From: Octopus vulgaris
Taxonomy: Eukaryota
Assembly (NCBI GenBank): GCA_951406725.2
Contig: OX597821.1
Location: 35,402,001-35,466,000 of the forward strand
Length of the DNA: 64,000 bases
Direction: 5' to 3'
Numbering within the stretch: position 1 is the first letter of the stretch; each line of letters starts with the position of its first letter. This document shows, one piece after another, positions 1 to 13,744 of this stretch. The notes beneath the pieces are model-generated. The model searched no databases. It saw only the letters and a list, made by a program, of their open reading frames with translations, and was not told the origin of the DNA. A program made the position numbers and the translations under genes.

Positions 1-39
1 AGTAGAGGGTCGACCAATATTCCTAGCAAGTTTCTTTAG

Positions 40-160
40 GTTTATAAGACTCAGAGACACTTAAATTTCTCTGCTTGTCTCAGTGATGCTCCACTGACAT
101 ATAAAGTGCACTCCGAAGATTTCTCCTTCGCAAAACTAATTCTCACCCGTGCACTCTGCA
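40..160 (-). mobile_element. Short decayed RTE-clade LINE fragment
   Basis: Minus strand reads TLYVSGASLRQAEKFKCL; 58-107 is a close match to 3181-3230 of the RTE remnant below. Confidence 0.6.
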
Positions 161-1404
161 ACATAGATTCTTTTTTAAAAACATGTATTGAGTTGACTAT
201 TAAAATTTTCGAAATAATTAATAAAATAAAGAAGGAGGTAGTATGAGATCAGACATTGAAATTCTTTGAGTGAGCGAAAGAACAAGGCAGTAGTCACTCA
301 GTTTGTTAGATAAAGAAGCCAACTCACTCCCAGATCTCACTATTCTTTCTTGACAAGGGTGTATAAGTTCAAATTTCACTGAGGTGCAATTTACATTATG
401 GTGTTCAAGATGCTCATAAAAATAAGTACTTGCCAAGCACTATGTCTGAACAGTTGATTTCTTCCTATGTAATAAATCGAGATTTAGTCTTTCCCAATAC
501 CTTGTGTTGTTTAATATTTTTCACGTACAGATATTGGATACCACGGAAGTCGAGTTTGCATTTAATCCTTTATGGTTGGATGTAGTAAATAATAGTCAAA
601 TATGGAGACCTATGTAACTGATTGTTCTCCCCTCGAATATATGGTGTTCTGTGTCATTGCTACATACCGGTATTTAACGTTATTTGTCAGTGTACAGAAG
701 ACCATTCTAGACATCAACTGGTTAAACCTTTAAGACTTAACCAGCTGAAGTCCGAAAGTGAATGAACATTGGTTCTACGCATTCGACTCGGTAATAATAG
801 AAATGACATTTATATTTAGCGGCTCAAACCACTTAAGGCTACTTAGAGACCACAAAATAGCTTGATTTACGTTTCAGAGAGAGATTGTTTTATTGTTCTG
901 ACATCACGCATTGTCGTAAACAGAAATGTTTCTACATATAGCAATAACAATGTCTGAATTCAAGGTGGTGTAAAGCTGCAGATTATTGTTTGAGACCAGC
1001 AGAAGAATACCAGAAGCTAATTGAATGAATAATAACGCACATACAAAAACTCACATACACACATACTCACATGTGTACTTACACACGTCTGCGTACATTT
1101 ATACATAAGCACTCTGTCTAATAGACTACAGTTTTTGCCACATAAGTATGTTATCGATTCTGGGAGGATGAAATAGAAAGACAATCTCACGTTGCATAAG
1201 GGGTGTAACCAAATATGGCAAGACATTTTATTTGTCACATTACTAATTCTGTAAATGACGCGGTCCTCTATACGGCTTAAAATATCAACATATTCTAAAG
1301 AAATATCGTACATTATAGTTGTTCCCACCAACGCTGAAGCACCGCAAATTATATGATACCGTATTACGTCTAGGTCGATTAAGAAACTGAATATGAAATA
1401 TTTC

Positions 1405-1408
<4 letters not shown>

Positions 1409-1468
<60 letters not shown>

Positions 1469-1480
1469 ATAATAATAATA

Positions 1481-1523
<43 letters not shown>
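1409..1523. repeat. (TA)n / (TAA)n compound microsatellite
   Basis: Directly visible. Confidence 0.95.
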
Positions 1524-1524
<1 letters not shown>

Positions 1525-2624
1525 GGGAGTATAGCTCCAAACTTACAGGGAAAAATTAGATTTAGTACTAAATCAAATTGTTCAGTATAAATATATAAAA
1601 TATGAATTAGAGATAAAACCACTATTAGGCAACTCACACAGTGATAGACATAAACCAATACATAATTAATTTGGTAATTAAATATTGGATTATAACTGAG
1701 TTAAGGCTATTCGTTTTTTTAAAGCCATATTATATCTTCATGGATACATACATATGTCTATCTATTTTTTACATTAAAAATTAATATTTAATATAATAAA
1801 TGGGTTGTATGACATAATCCTAATGTTTTAAGTTTCTAATTTAGATAATGGAGTTTTTTTACAAGAAAAATTATTATTTTATTTATACGGTTTAAAATAT
1901 CGACATATTCTAAAAAAATATCGCACATTATAGTTGTTCCCAATGTCATAGAACTGACGAAAGGATGGCAGCAAAGTATCTTCCAAACAACAGACTGTAT
2001 CTGATGTGGAACTTGAATTATTCTGAAGAGTAAACCGCAAAAATTTGTAACATTGTAATTTCTAAAATGCGAACGGTATCTCTCTTAATTTTGCTAATGG
2101 ACGCGAGTAGAGTGAAAGAATTGATTCTGAAACAGTTTATTTTTTTATTCCGTTATCCTAATCTGAGTTGGCATTAGTGGGAGGATGGGAAGCAAATTTA
2201 ACACCGACGGAAATATAATGCAAGAAACAGAAAGCTGAATATTATAGTACAGATGCTCTCAAATTCGACTAATGCTACTTCAAGCATTAGACGTTTACTG
2301 TTTTGAAGATTTAGCAATTTAATGCTACAAGAGTGACAACAGACGAAAACAAGAGAAAGAGAAGAGAAGGAGAAAGTAGACACAGTAGAAGGATAAGGAA
2401 AAAGAAAAAGAACAAACGAGATAGAGACAGAAAAAAATTGAATATAGAAAGTGTTTGATAGAGCGGAACAGAAAGAGGCTATGAGGAAAAGTCATGAAAA
2501 TCTGATGAGTTCGTTAGATAAAATAAAGAGTGCAAGTAGTTCATTCACAATCTCTCTTCCTCTCTCTCTCTTCTCTCTTCTCTCTCTCTTTTCTCTCTCT
2601 GTCTCTCTCTCTGTTTCTTTATCA

Positions 2625-3230
2625 ACCCATCCATCTTCTCGGACTACTATTTCTGGGAGGATCATAGGGATAAAGTCCTGATGAACATCCTCCATAGGTT
2701 CCTGTCAGAACCAACCATCATTATGCATGCTTTCCAACAGAATTACCAAACATGACTAGTAATCTTAATCTTGGTCGATCTCCACGTTAACTGCGGTTTG
2801 GCTCGGCTTGAACCATCCATCCTGCGATTCTTTCTTGTGACACTTGAGATACATTCCCGTAGTACTGAAGTTGCGACATTTCAATGCAGAGGAGTATCAG
2901 CTCGACCTCAGAATCTCCGAAGTGTTACGTTATTCCAGAGATCCTTCGGAGGAACCCTATTTTGGCCATTTATATTCGCCATCATACACTGTCGGTCATT
3001 AACCAACATTTATAACTATAGATGAGGACAGACATGCAGACTGATATGAAGACAGCGAGTTTGGCTTTCTTACCAACATTTTCTCTTTTGAGGAGCGAAT
3101 GCTGGAGCCGGTGAATTACTGCAATTCGAGCACCCAATTCAGAGTCCAGCTTCTCGTTAATTGTGACTACAAATCCGTGTCATTTAAACTTCTCCATTTG
3201 TCTCAGTTATGCTCCACTGACATGTAAAGT
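2625..3230 (-). mobile_element. Decayed RTE-clade LINE, 3' part (C-terminal RT region)
   Basis: Minus-strand translation with stops: LHVSGA*LRQMEKFK*HG...KKAKLAVFISVCMSVLIYSYKCWLMTDSV*WRI*MAKIGFLRRISG. This matches the RTE/Rex3-type pattern (VEEFKYLG...KAKLSIY...LTYG.E.W...AEM.FLRR) and ends in a GATGGATGG-like tail. Confidence 0.8.
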
Positions 3231-3440
3231 CGGAAATCATCAGGAAGAACGACAAGAAGACAGCCGCTAATATTGCTTGAAACGTACACATAACTGTACA
3301 TCTCTTTCGTATATTTTACTATAGAATTTGATATAATGTATCATCCTTAATATAAAGTATTCATTAAAACTAGGTATTGGTTATATGATGAGTTTAAAGT
3401 TGTTATTGATGCAATTAATGTTGTTATAACTATGTTGCCA

Positions 3441-4197
3441 GTTAGTTAGTTAGTTAGTTAATTTGGCTCAAAAGCAAATAGCAAGGCCATGTAGGGGGAC
3501 ATGGAGTTAAGTACAGGGTGGTGTTCATGTAAAGAGTTCAGGCCACTTGAGGTTCAGGGAGGCTTTGAACAAAGCGGTCGTCGGCATCTTCACCATCTCG
3601 TCTGGCAGCTTGTTCCACGGATCCGCAACCCAGACGGAGAAAGCTCCTCTCCTTCGATTGAGATGAAATCGTCGCAGGTAGAGCTTTTCGGAATGACCCC
3701 GCAGCCGACGCTCTGGAGCAGGAGTGAAGAACAGCTCTTTCGAGAGGTTACACTTTCCGCTTATGATGTTGTGGGCGAGAATGAGATCACCACGGCGGCG
3801 GCGTTTTTCAAGAGAATAAAGGTCGAGCGTCCTCAGCCTTTCTTCGTAGGACAAATTATTGAGACCATGAACTATGCGGGTAGCCAGCTTCTGGACTCTT
3901 TCGAGATGCTGTATGTCTTTGAGGAGATAAGGAGAAGAGGCTTGAATCCCATACTCCAATATGGGTCTCACCAGCGTGACATAGAGTGGTAGGAATATGG
4001 CTGCTGTGAGCATTCCGAATGACCGTCGAATCAAGAACAGAATTCCGCGTGCTTTGTTGGCAGCATGGACGCACTGGGCTGAAGGCGAAAAGGAGGAATC
4101 CACCAAGAATCCCAGGTCCTTTACCTGATCGGTCCTCTCCAGCAGCAGACGAACCGGCTCGAAATCAAGTTGAGTTGCAGGAGTAGAGCCGACAGGC
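3441..4197 (-). mobile_element. 5'-truncated CR1-like LINE, 3' end, little decayed
   Basis: Open ORF 3525-4106 plus upstream KDLGFLVD: ..LYVTLVRPILEYG..LERVQKLATRIV..LSYEERLRTLDLYSLEKRRRRGDLI..LRGH..WNKLP, typical of the CR1/L2-group C-terminus. Short 3'UTR and (TAAC)n tail at 3441-3460. Confidence 0.92.
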
Positions 4198-4630
4198 TAG
4201 TATTGTTGCTGATGTGATAATTTGTTAAAACAGTATCCGTGGTCAGTAATATATAAAGAACGACAGCAAAATCTCGACTGCAGCAACATTTCTTTACATC
4301 GTATTCATATGGTTATCATCTTGGTGTGTGTATGAGGGATGAAAATCCACAACAGACGGCAAACAGCTATGGCTTAATACCTATTTACTTATCACTGTTG
4401 GATCTAGAGGTTTGGCAATCAGTTGTGTACTTGGTAGTGTGTAAATGAGCAAACCAAAAGTAGTTAGATAAGAAGAAAAGAACGCACGGACAGGCAGTGC
4501 GGAATACATAAACAGGCACACAGAAAACAGAAGGGAAAGATGTATACTAGCGAAGTGTGAAGCGAAAGGTAATAGGGGAGGATAGGTCGGCAAGAGTAAA
4601 GCAAGTACTATTATAAGAAAATACACTCAG

Positions 4631-4631
<1 letters not shown>

Positions 4632-4695
<64 letters not shown>

Positions 4696-4698
4696 TAT
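4632..4698. repeat. (TA)n microsatellite
   Basis: Directly visible. Confidence 0.95.
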
Positions 4699-5268
<570 letters not shown>

Positions 5269-6104
5269 ATGCATTGCATGTGTGTATATGTGTGTGCATG
5301 TGTATATATGTATGTATATATCTATATATATTTGTACAATATGTCTATATGTATATGTATATATGTAAATATCTCTTTATTTCTCTCTACATACGCGCAC
5401 ACACTCACACATACACATGCATATATATTCATTTATTTATACACATATATCTTGAGGCGTAGAAAAAAGTTCGTAATAAACTTAATAACAGTTTATAACA
5501 AAGTAGAGTGGTATTTGTATTTGTATATAAAAGCTGAAAAAAATCGGATTACTGAATTTTAAGTACCGGAGGTTTTCATCTTCCGTTTTGTTGGCGTAAT
5601 AAATGGTAGACAAATTACTTGTAACATATAATTATCATTGAGATGGTCTAGTCTACATTACATGGGTTACATTATCATGAAGTTATAAATGGAGATAAAT
5701 GAATGGAGTAAGAGTAAGAGGAAGCAAATATTGAATGAAATATTGCTGAGAGGCAGTAACGGTAAACTTCTGCTTAAAATGTCGCTTGATGACTACATTC
5801 ATATAACTTACTTTGAACTTTTCTTTGATATGATAAACTAGTGTCCAAACCTATATTGGTGTCTTTAAAAAAGGTTTCATAGTATTTTTTTCCTAATTAC
5901 TTTGTTCATAAAAATGTTTAACTGGGCAACCCGTTTCATTGTCTAACATCTCTAATAACAGTAGATATATAATGAAATTTGAAAGGATTTTTGGTCATTG
6001 TATTTACATTTTCCCCATTTCAGTTATTAGATCTCTATACCAACTTTCCCCAACTAAACGAAGTTTCTTTCCTTCGGGTAGCCGTATGCGAGGTATACAT
6101 ATAT

Positions 6105-6457
<353 letters not shown>

Positions 6458-6584
6458 TAGTCTATTTTTACCTTGTTAACAATTAACACGGAAAAATAAA
6501 TAAATAGTTACCAGGGCAGCAATACTTGTTTAAACCTGCGTTTTTTATTCATACATATATATATATGTATGTATGTATGTACAT

Positions 6585-6985
6585 GCGTAGGAATGGCTGT
6601 GTGGTAAATAGCTTGCTTACCAACCACATGGTTCCGGGTTCAGTCCCACTGTGTGGCACCTTGAGCAAGTATCTTCTACTATAGCCTCGGGCCTTGTGAA
6701 TGGATTTGGTAGACGGAAACTGAAAGAAGCCCGTCGTATATGTGTGTGTGTGTGTGTGTGTGTGTATGTTTGTGTGTCAGTGTTTGTCCCCCCAACATCG
6801 CTTGACAACCGATGCTGGTGTGTTTACGTCTCCGTAACTTAGCAGTTTGGCAAAAGAAACCGATAGAATAAGTACTAGGCTTACAAAGAATAAGTCCTGG
6901 TGTCGATTTGCTCGACTAATGGCGGTGCTCCAGCATGGCTAGAGACAAATGACTGGAACAAATAAAATAGTAAAAGAGTAAGAGT
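6585..6985 (+). mobile_element. tRNA-derived SINE, family A (~400 bp, internal TA/TG tract)
   Basis: A-box-like TGGCTGTGTGG and B-box-like GGTTCAGTCCC; closely similar copies at 9547, 22331, 26213, 45739. Confidence 0.9.
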
Positions 6986-7071
6986 ATGTACGTAAATGTC
7001 GATCGATGAAATTCGTGCTCAACACCGCATTGGTGGATATATAATTTGTCTTTATGAATTCACAGATAAAA

Positions 7072-7146
<75 letters not shown>

Positions 7147-7165
7147 TATATATATATATATATAT

Positions 7166-7306
7166 GCATTATTTACATTTGACAGATATTTGTCCCCATC
7201 TTGTTAGTTGCTAACACAGCCGTTTCGGCTGATATATACTCCAGCTTTCATCAGGTGTGTTGGGGAAATGTCGAATCTGGGTTCTCATTTCTAAAGTAGT
7301 TTTAGA

Positions 7307-7376
<70 letters not shown>

Positions 7377-7456
7377 TAGTTACTGCTTGGAATCAAACTC
7401 GGATTCATGGGGTTAGTAGCCCGTGCTCTTAACCACTACGCCATATGCCCGGGCAT
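7166..7456 (-). mobile_element. tRNA-headed SINE-like element with (AAT)n linker and hammerhead-containing tail
   Basis: Minus strand: head GGGCATATGGCGTAGTGGTTAAGAGCACGGGCTACTAACC...GAGTTTGATTCC (A and B boxes), then (AAT)n, then ACAC-CTGATGA-AAGCTG..CAGCC-GAAAC-GGCT-GTGT. Confidence 0.75.
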
Positions 7457-7564
7457 GGGAATATCTTGATCAGCCGATAAAACGATGTAGGGGGAGTTAG
7501 CTAACAACTCCACAAACACACCAAGAGACGGAATTTCCCACATATGTAGTAGATATCATATGAC

Positions 7565-7766
7565 ATTATATTATATCATATTATATTATATTGCATTATA
7601 TTATATTATATTGTATTATATTATATTGCATTATATTATATTGTATTATATTATATTATATTATATCATATCATATCATATCATATTATATTATATTATA
7701 TTATATTATATTATATTATATTATATTATATTATATTATATTATATCGTATTGTATTATATTATAT
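7565..7766. repeat. (ATATT)n pentanucleotide microsatellite
   Basis: Directly visible; source of the YYIIL ORFs. Confidence 0.95.
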
Positions 7767-8777
7767 ATTTTTCCTCTACACTGCAAAGCGTCACATCGAT
7801 ACGATACCCGAGTTTTCATTGACTCCGTCGCTAGCAAGCATGTGCGAATTTGAATGTGCTTCTAGGTTTATGGAGTGAGAAATAAAAAGTTATTAAAGAG
7901 AAGAACTATGCACACGTACACGCATGAACACACACACAGATGCATATATTTGCATATATAACTACACTCACACACACACACATATATTTATACTTACATA
8001 CATACTTATCTGTATATATGTAAATATATATATATATATATATACAAACACACACATACATATAGATATGTATATATTTATGCATATGTAACTTTCTTTG
8101 CAGTGAATTTGTTTCTCCTTCTCTGTCTCTTTCAATACATATACACGACTACGCATACACACGCACACACAGAGATACACATAAATAAACACACACACAC
8201 ATATATATACGTATATAAATATTTACTTAAACATTCACGTACACGCACATATACATATCAACATAATCACATCGTAAACAGCATACAGGTGAGGGATGTA
8301 TGTCAGATCGAATTTCATCTACCTTCTTAATTGATAACATGACGTTGAAGTATCTATAGTAACCACCTAGTCAGGTGAATTCTTGCAACAAGCTAGTCAT
8401 TGATTATCTCACTTGCAGCCAATCATATATTTCTTCGTCCTAGCTAACTCTACTTTTTCTTAATCAATGCTGATTGGTCATGCATATATATGGCCTGATG
8501 TCACCGACTACCGTATTTGGGGAGGTTGTATTATGTATATATCCATGCATGTATATATATGTGTTTGTGTGTGTATGTAAAACTTTAAGGCATTATCACC
8601 ATTCATCAGCATTTTTCACACAGACACACATATATATAAATATATGTATGTGTGTGTGTATATATATACATGCACACCCATTTTAAACAACAAATTAAAT
8701 AAGGGTTTATACTCGCTATCTTCACAGCTTTACTGCGTTCAAAATTTAATCTCTTTTCTGTAATATACCATACAGAA

Positions 8778-9154
8778 AGCCCGAAATTTGGGGGGTAAAA
8801 GCCAGTCGATTTGATCGGCCCCAGTATGCAACTGGTACTTAATGTATCGACCCCGAAAATATGAAAGGCAAAGCCGACCTCGGCGGAATTTGAACTCTGA
8901 ACGCAAAGACAGACGAAGTACCTATTTCTTTACTACCCACAAGGGGCTAAACACAGAGAGGACAAACACGGTCAGACAAACGGATAAAGTCGATTATATC
9001 GACCCCAGTGATTAACTGGTACTTAATTTATCGACCCCGAAAGGATGAAAGGCAAAGTCGACCTCGGCGGAATTTGAACTCAGAACGTAGCGGCAGACGA
9101 AATACCGCTAAGCATTCTGTCCGGCGTGCTAATGTTTCTGCCAGCTCACCGTCT
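8778..9154 (-). mobile_element. tRNA-derived SINE family B, dimeric copy
   Basis: Two tandem copies of GAGTTCAAATTCCGCCGAGGTCG.CTTTGCCTTTCAT..TTTCGGGGTCGATA on the minus strand; same family as 16897, 20831, 24083. Confidence 0.88.
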
Positions 9155-9546
9155 TAAAATACCATGCACGTTGATTTATAAGATATTGTCGAATTCGAAA
9201 AACCTATCATTTAGCTTTAAAATGGACGGTAATTGTTGTCAGCGATCGTTTAGCTTAATGGTAGGGATCTTAGCTAGTTCTTGCGGGATACGTGTTGTAA
9301 TCCCAGACTCGCATGTTGGGATCCCTGTTTCCGCCTTCTAAGGGTAAATACTAATTTTTTTTTTACTGTGTTCACAGTTATACTGCGTTCGAAATTACAT
9401 GTCCCGTCTGTAAAATACTAATACACATTCGACACTTCCAATTTTTTCTTTATAATATATATGCATATAAATTTTGCTTGAATAGTACTAGATCAGCGTT
9501 TTAACATAAATCCTGAATTTTTCTATGTATTGATATATATATCATA

Positions 9547-9953
9547 GGCGCAGGAGTGGCTGTGTGGTAAGTAGCTTGCTAACCAACCACATGGTTCCGG
9601 GTTCAGTCCCACTGCGTGGCATCTTGGGCAAGTGTCTTCTGCTATAGCCCCGGGCCGACCAATGCCTTGTGAGTGGATTTGGTAGACGGAAACTGAAAGA
9701 AGCCTGTCGTATATATGTATATATATATGTGTATGTGTGTGTTTGTGTGTGTGTGTTTGTCCCCCTAGCATTGCTTGACAACCGATGCTGGTGTGTTTAC
9801 GTCCCCGTCACTTAGCGGTTCGGCAAAAGAGACCGATAAAATAAGTTCTGGGCTTACAAAGAATAAGTCCCGGGGTCGATTTGCTCGACTAAAGGCGGTG
9901 CTCCAGCATGGCCACAGCCAAATGACTGAAACAAGTAAAAGTGTAAAAGAGTA
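9547..9953 (+). mobile_element. SINE family A, full length
   Basis: Colinear with the other family A copies. Confidence 0.92.
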
Positions 9954-10039
9954 TACCTGAAAATGAAAATATAAAAACAAGCCTTCATAAAGAAATGTCT
10001 TAGGATTGGATGTGTGTGTGTGTGTATTTACATACATAT

Positions 10040-10280
10040 TTATGATGGACTCTCTCGTCTAAGCCGACGTATGAGTGTTCAACGCTTGCCGAACCACCTG
10101 CATATATCATTTGCTTAAACTGATCAAATATTCGTTCAGAATATTAGCTCACTCTCTCCATCAAACTGACGTTGTCTGAACAGGTACACGGTCTATCAAG
10201 CGCCAGGTGCTGGAGTAATCGCTGAGCAACGCGAGATGAAGTGTTTTGCCCAAGACCACAATAATTGAAATCATGATCCC
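10040..10280 (-). mobile_element. Decayed SINE fragment with CORE-like domain
   Basis: Minus TTGTGGTCTTGGGCAAAACACTTCATCTCGCGTTGCTC resembles the domain at 21580-21620. Confidence 0.5.
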
Positions 10281-10348
10281 CCCCACACACACACACGCAT
10301 ACACACACGTACACATGCACACACACATACACATATATACATAGTGGA

Positions 10349-10862
10349 GTTTAAGCCCCAGGAAAACATCTCTTCCAGTTGGATACCGTCTCACAGTCTA
10401 TGTCCGTATAGTGTTTGCAAGGGGGGGGGGGGCATTGCTTAAATCTTCATCCTTACATGATACTCACAGACCGTGGTTTCTAGGTGGTTATTTCTGGGTG
10501 GTTACTCGTCCTCAGCGTGAGACAATCACTGACTCTTTATGAACGCTTTCTCCACTTGGAAACACTAGATCTACAGTAACAGTACCAAATAGTAAAGTTT
10601 ATTTGCCAACAGAATTTGGTGGCCCTATTAACGACGTTACTGTTAACGATGTTACTGTTGTTTAAGCCCCAGGAAAACATCTTTTCCAGCTGGCTATTGA
10701 CGCACAGTCTGTGTCCGTACAGTGTTTGCAAGGGAGATCATCGCTTCCATCTCCAGCCTTAAGTGATACTCACAGACTATGGTTTCTGGGTTGTTAACCA
10801 TCCTCAGTGTGACACAATCACTGGCTGTTGATGAACGCCTTCTCCAGCCGCAAACACTAAAT
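10349..10862 (-). repeat. Two diverged direct copies (10349-10570, 10660-10862) of a ~210-bp sequence, probably a retroposon 3' end
   Basis: Both begin GTTTAAGCCCCAGGAAAACATC and end AAACACTA; the minus strand ends GGGCTTAAAC(AAC). Confidence 0.75.
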
Positions 10863-11054
10863 ATTCTTTAAGCGACACACATTCGCTGATCTCGTACAGA
10901 GAAAAGCAACTTGTTTTAATCTCTCAGCGAGATATACATACACGCACATACACACACACACACACATGTGTATGTATGTATGTATGTATGTATGTATGTA
11001 TGTATGTATGTATGTATGTGTGTGTGTATGTGTGGGGGTGTATGTATATATTTG

Positions 11055-12146
11055 CGAGGTGGTATGAAAACGTAGTGAGGGCTAGCAGTAATCCTATTGA
11101 GGCAATTGCCGCGTGACATCACTGTGTTTACTGCGCAAGATGTAAAATGTGTGTTCTTGTGATCATGTGCATGCTATAGCATTGCGATTTTATCTTGGAC
11201 AGGAATAAAGAGCCAACATGGAATTATACATTAAAGATGTGAAGTCTGCTACAGTGACGTTAAGGATGCTTACGACGACGAGGCAGTGGGCCGTACGCAA
11301 TGTTGTGGATGGTACGGCTGCTTCAAAAGCGGAAAAACGACCCTGAAAGACAATGAGCGATCTGGAAGTCCTTCCACGAGCGTCACCCCTGGATATGTAG
11401 TATTTCACATCGCGTACATTCGGCAAAAGCGACCGGATCTGTGGAGCGCGAAGAATTTGATTCTTCACTGAGCTCTTCTCACTGATGAGTTTCTCTTCAA
11501 AATCAACAAGGTCTCGCTTTTGCACCCGTCCTATTCGCCGTATGTAGCACCTGCGGACCTCCATCTCTTCCAAAAGACGAAAAGGCAGCTCAGAGGTCGC
11601 TGTTTTAGCACAGTTGTTGAGATCCAGAGCGAATCGCAGAAGGTCCTCGACTCGCACTAACGGAAAACGACTTCCAGACCGGCTTCCACAAGTGGCAGGA
11701 GAGTTGGAACTGGCATACTGTTGTGCAAAGTGATTATTTCGAAGGAGATATTTGTTAAAACTTAGGTAAACACATGATATTGGAACTCTATACATGCTTA
11801 TCGTCTCCCGATAAGCATGTCCACTTCCATTGTTGTGTCAGCACCGATTTCACTGAGGAGACACAGACAATTGTTAAATTGTCCATGTCGAAACCTTAAG
11901 GAATAAAATTAAGTGCTATGTTTATTTCTTTTCATTTGTGTTGCTCATAAACATCAAGCGTCTTGCTAATTTGAGAACACAGATTTCGTGGTAGGATGGT
12001 TTGACGTCTATTTTTTAGCATACAAGGGATCCACTTAGTGGTCTAGCTTCTTATTTATATTTATATATAACTTACGCTCCTCAGGTAAATATGTTATATT
12101 TTTATTAAACGCAAGTAAGTCCAGGAATGTTTTGATACCATCTCGT
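11055..12146 (+). mobile_element. Decayed, internally deleted mariner element with a secondary insertion
   Basis: Transposase remnants MGRTQCCGWYGCFKSG.TTL.DNERSGSPSTS, IRQKRPDLW, HPSYSPYVAPAD (YSPDLAP motif) and DYFEGD. TIR remnants CGAGGTGGTATGAAAA (11055) and TTTTGATACCATCTCG (12130-12145). Confidence 0.85.
11847..11909 (+). ncRNA. Type I hammerhead motif, probably inactivated
   Basis: ATTTCA-CTGAGGA-GACA..GACAATT gtta AATTGTC..TGTC-GAAAC-CTTAAG-GA-A-TAAAAT; two substitutions away from a canonical fold. Confidence 0.55.
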
Positions 12147-12157
12147 TAATATATATG

Positions 12158-12189
<32 letters not shown>

Positions 12190-12693
12190 CGTGTGTGTAT
12201 GTGTACGCGCGCGTAAATGTGTGTGTATGTATTAATGTATGAATGAATGTGTGTGCATTTGTGTTTGCGTTTGTCTCCCAACCACCCACACACGGGTACC
12301 TTTTCCGAAGACTTTAAGAAGGCAGCAATATTGACAAGCAAAGCCTCTCTTTGAATCATGGCTGGTACATCACATCACTCGTAAAATATTATGCATTTGC
12401 AATCCAAAAATAAGAGATTGATACGAAATACCTAATAAACAACAAAGACAGTAAAACCCTTGGAACTCCAAGATGCAACTGTAAGTGTAGATTGTCATAT
12501 TTCTGTGGAAGACTTCATACATGTGATTAACAGCTACCCAAAAATGCACATCACGGTTCTACCTTCCTTTGAAGCATGATGTTGTTGCACAATTGCATTA
12601 CAGCTGTTTCTGGTTGCTCTGTTTAATCGAACAATTTTTCGATTAAATGGAACCGCCTGAAACGGCTGTAACACCCTTCTTACTTATTTGTAT

Positions 12694-13189
<496 letters not shown>

Positions 13190-13744
13190 GACTTAAAATG
13201 CAAGAAATTCGCAACATTTGTCTTTTTGTAATAGCAATGGTCTCGAATTGTTTCTATGTACTCTAGCAGCATTTAAAATTTTAAATTTCTTACTATTTGT
13301 AAATTCCCAATAATTTACTCTAGGAGTAGTAACTTAGAGAGTGATTTCTTGCAACTTTGATAGATCGGGATTGTTATCAAGAAATTTATTGATTTTAATT
13401 ATTCTAGGATCTGTAATTTTCTTTCAATAAAGTAAATAATGTAGTCATTTGTTTTATAAAATGTTCATTTCATGATTGGTTTGATCCATTAGAAGTCTTA
13501 GTGCCCCTGGGCATTGCAAACTCTCTGGAACCGGTGAGAGGAATGCGGTTTAGTATCGGATGGTTGTTTTATGAAAATGTACTACAACACAAATGATTGT
13601 TAATATGTATACTTTTCCCTCGATAAGGCCAGAATGAGACTGCTTAAGAAACCCAAGTTCTTAAGTGCTAGTGACCCTGGATATTAACATAAATGCTTTT
13701 CATAAAGGGAAAATAAAGAAAAACAAGTGTTTATGTTTCAACAG

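Noticed and set aside
3501-3992. 163-aa plus-strand ORF
   Set aside because: Antisense shadow of the CR1-like ORF; no independent signal.
5540-5590. Further possible decayed hammerheads on the minus strand here and near 38650-38710
   Set aside because: Too many core or stem mismatches to distinguish from chance.
11190-11795. 201-aa minus-strand ORF
   Set aside because: Antisense to the decayed mariner transposase.
13622-13660. DKARMRLLKKPKF resembles a ribosomal protein S3a motif
   Set aside because: Only a few residues match and the flanks do not extend the similarity.
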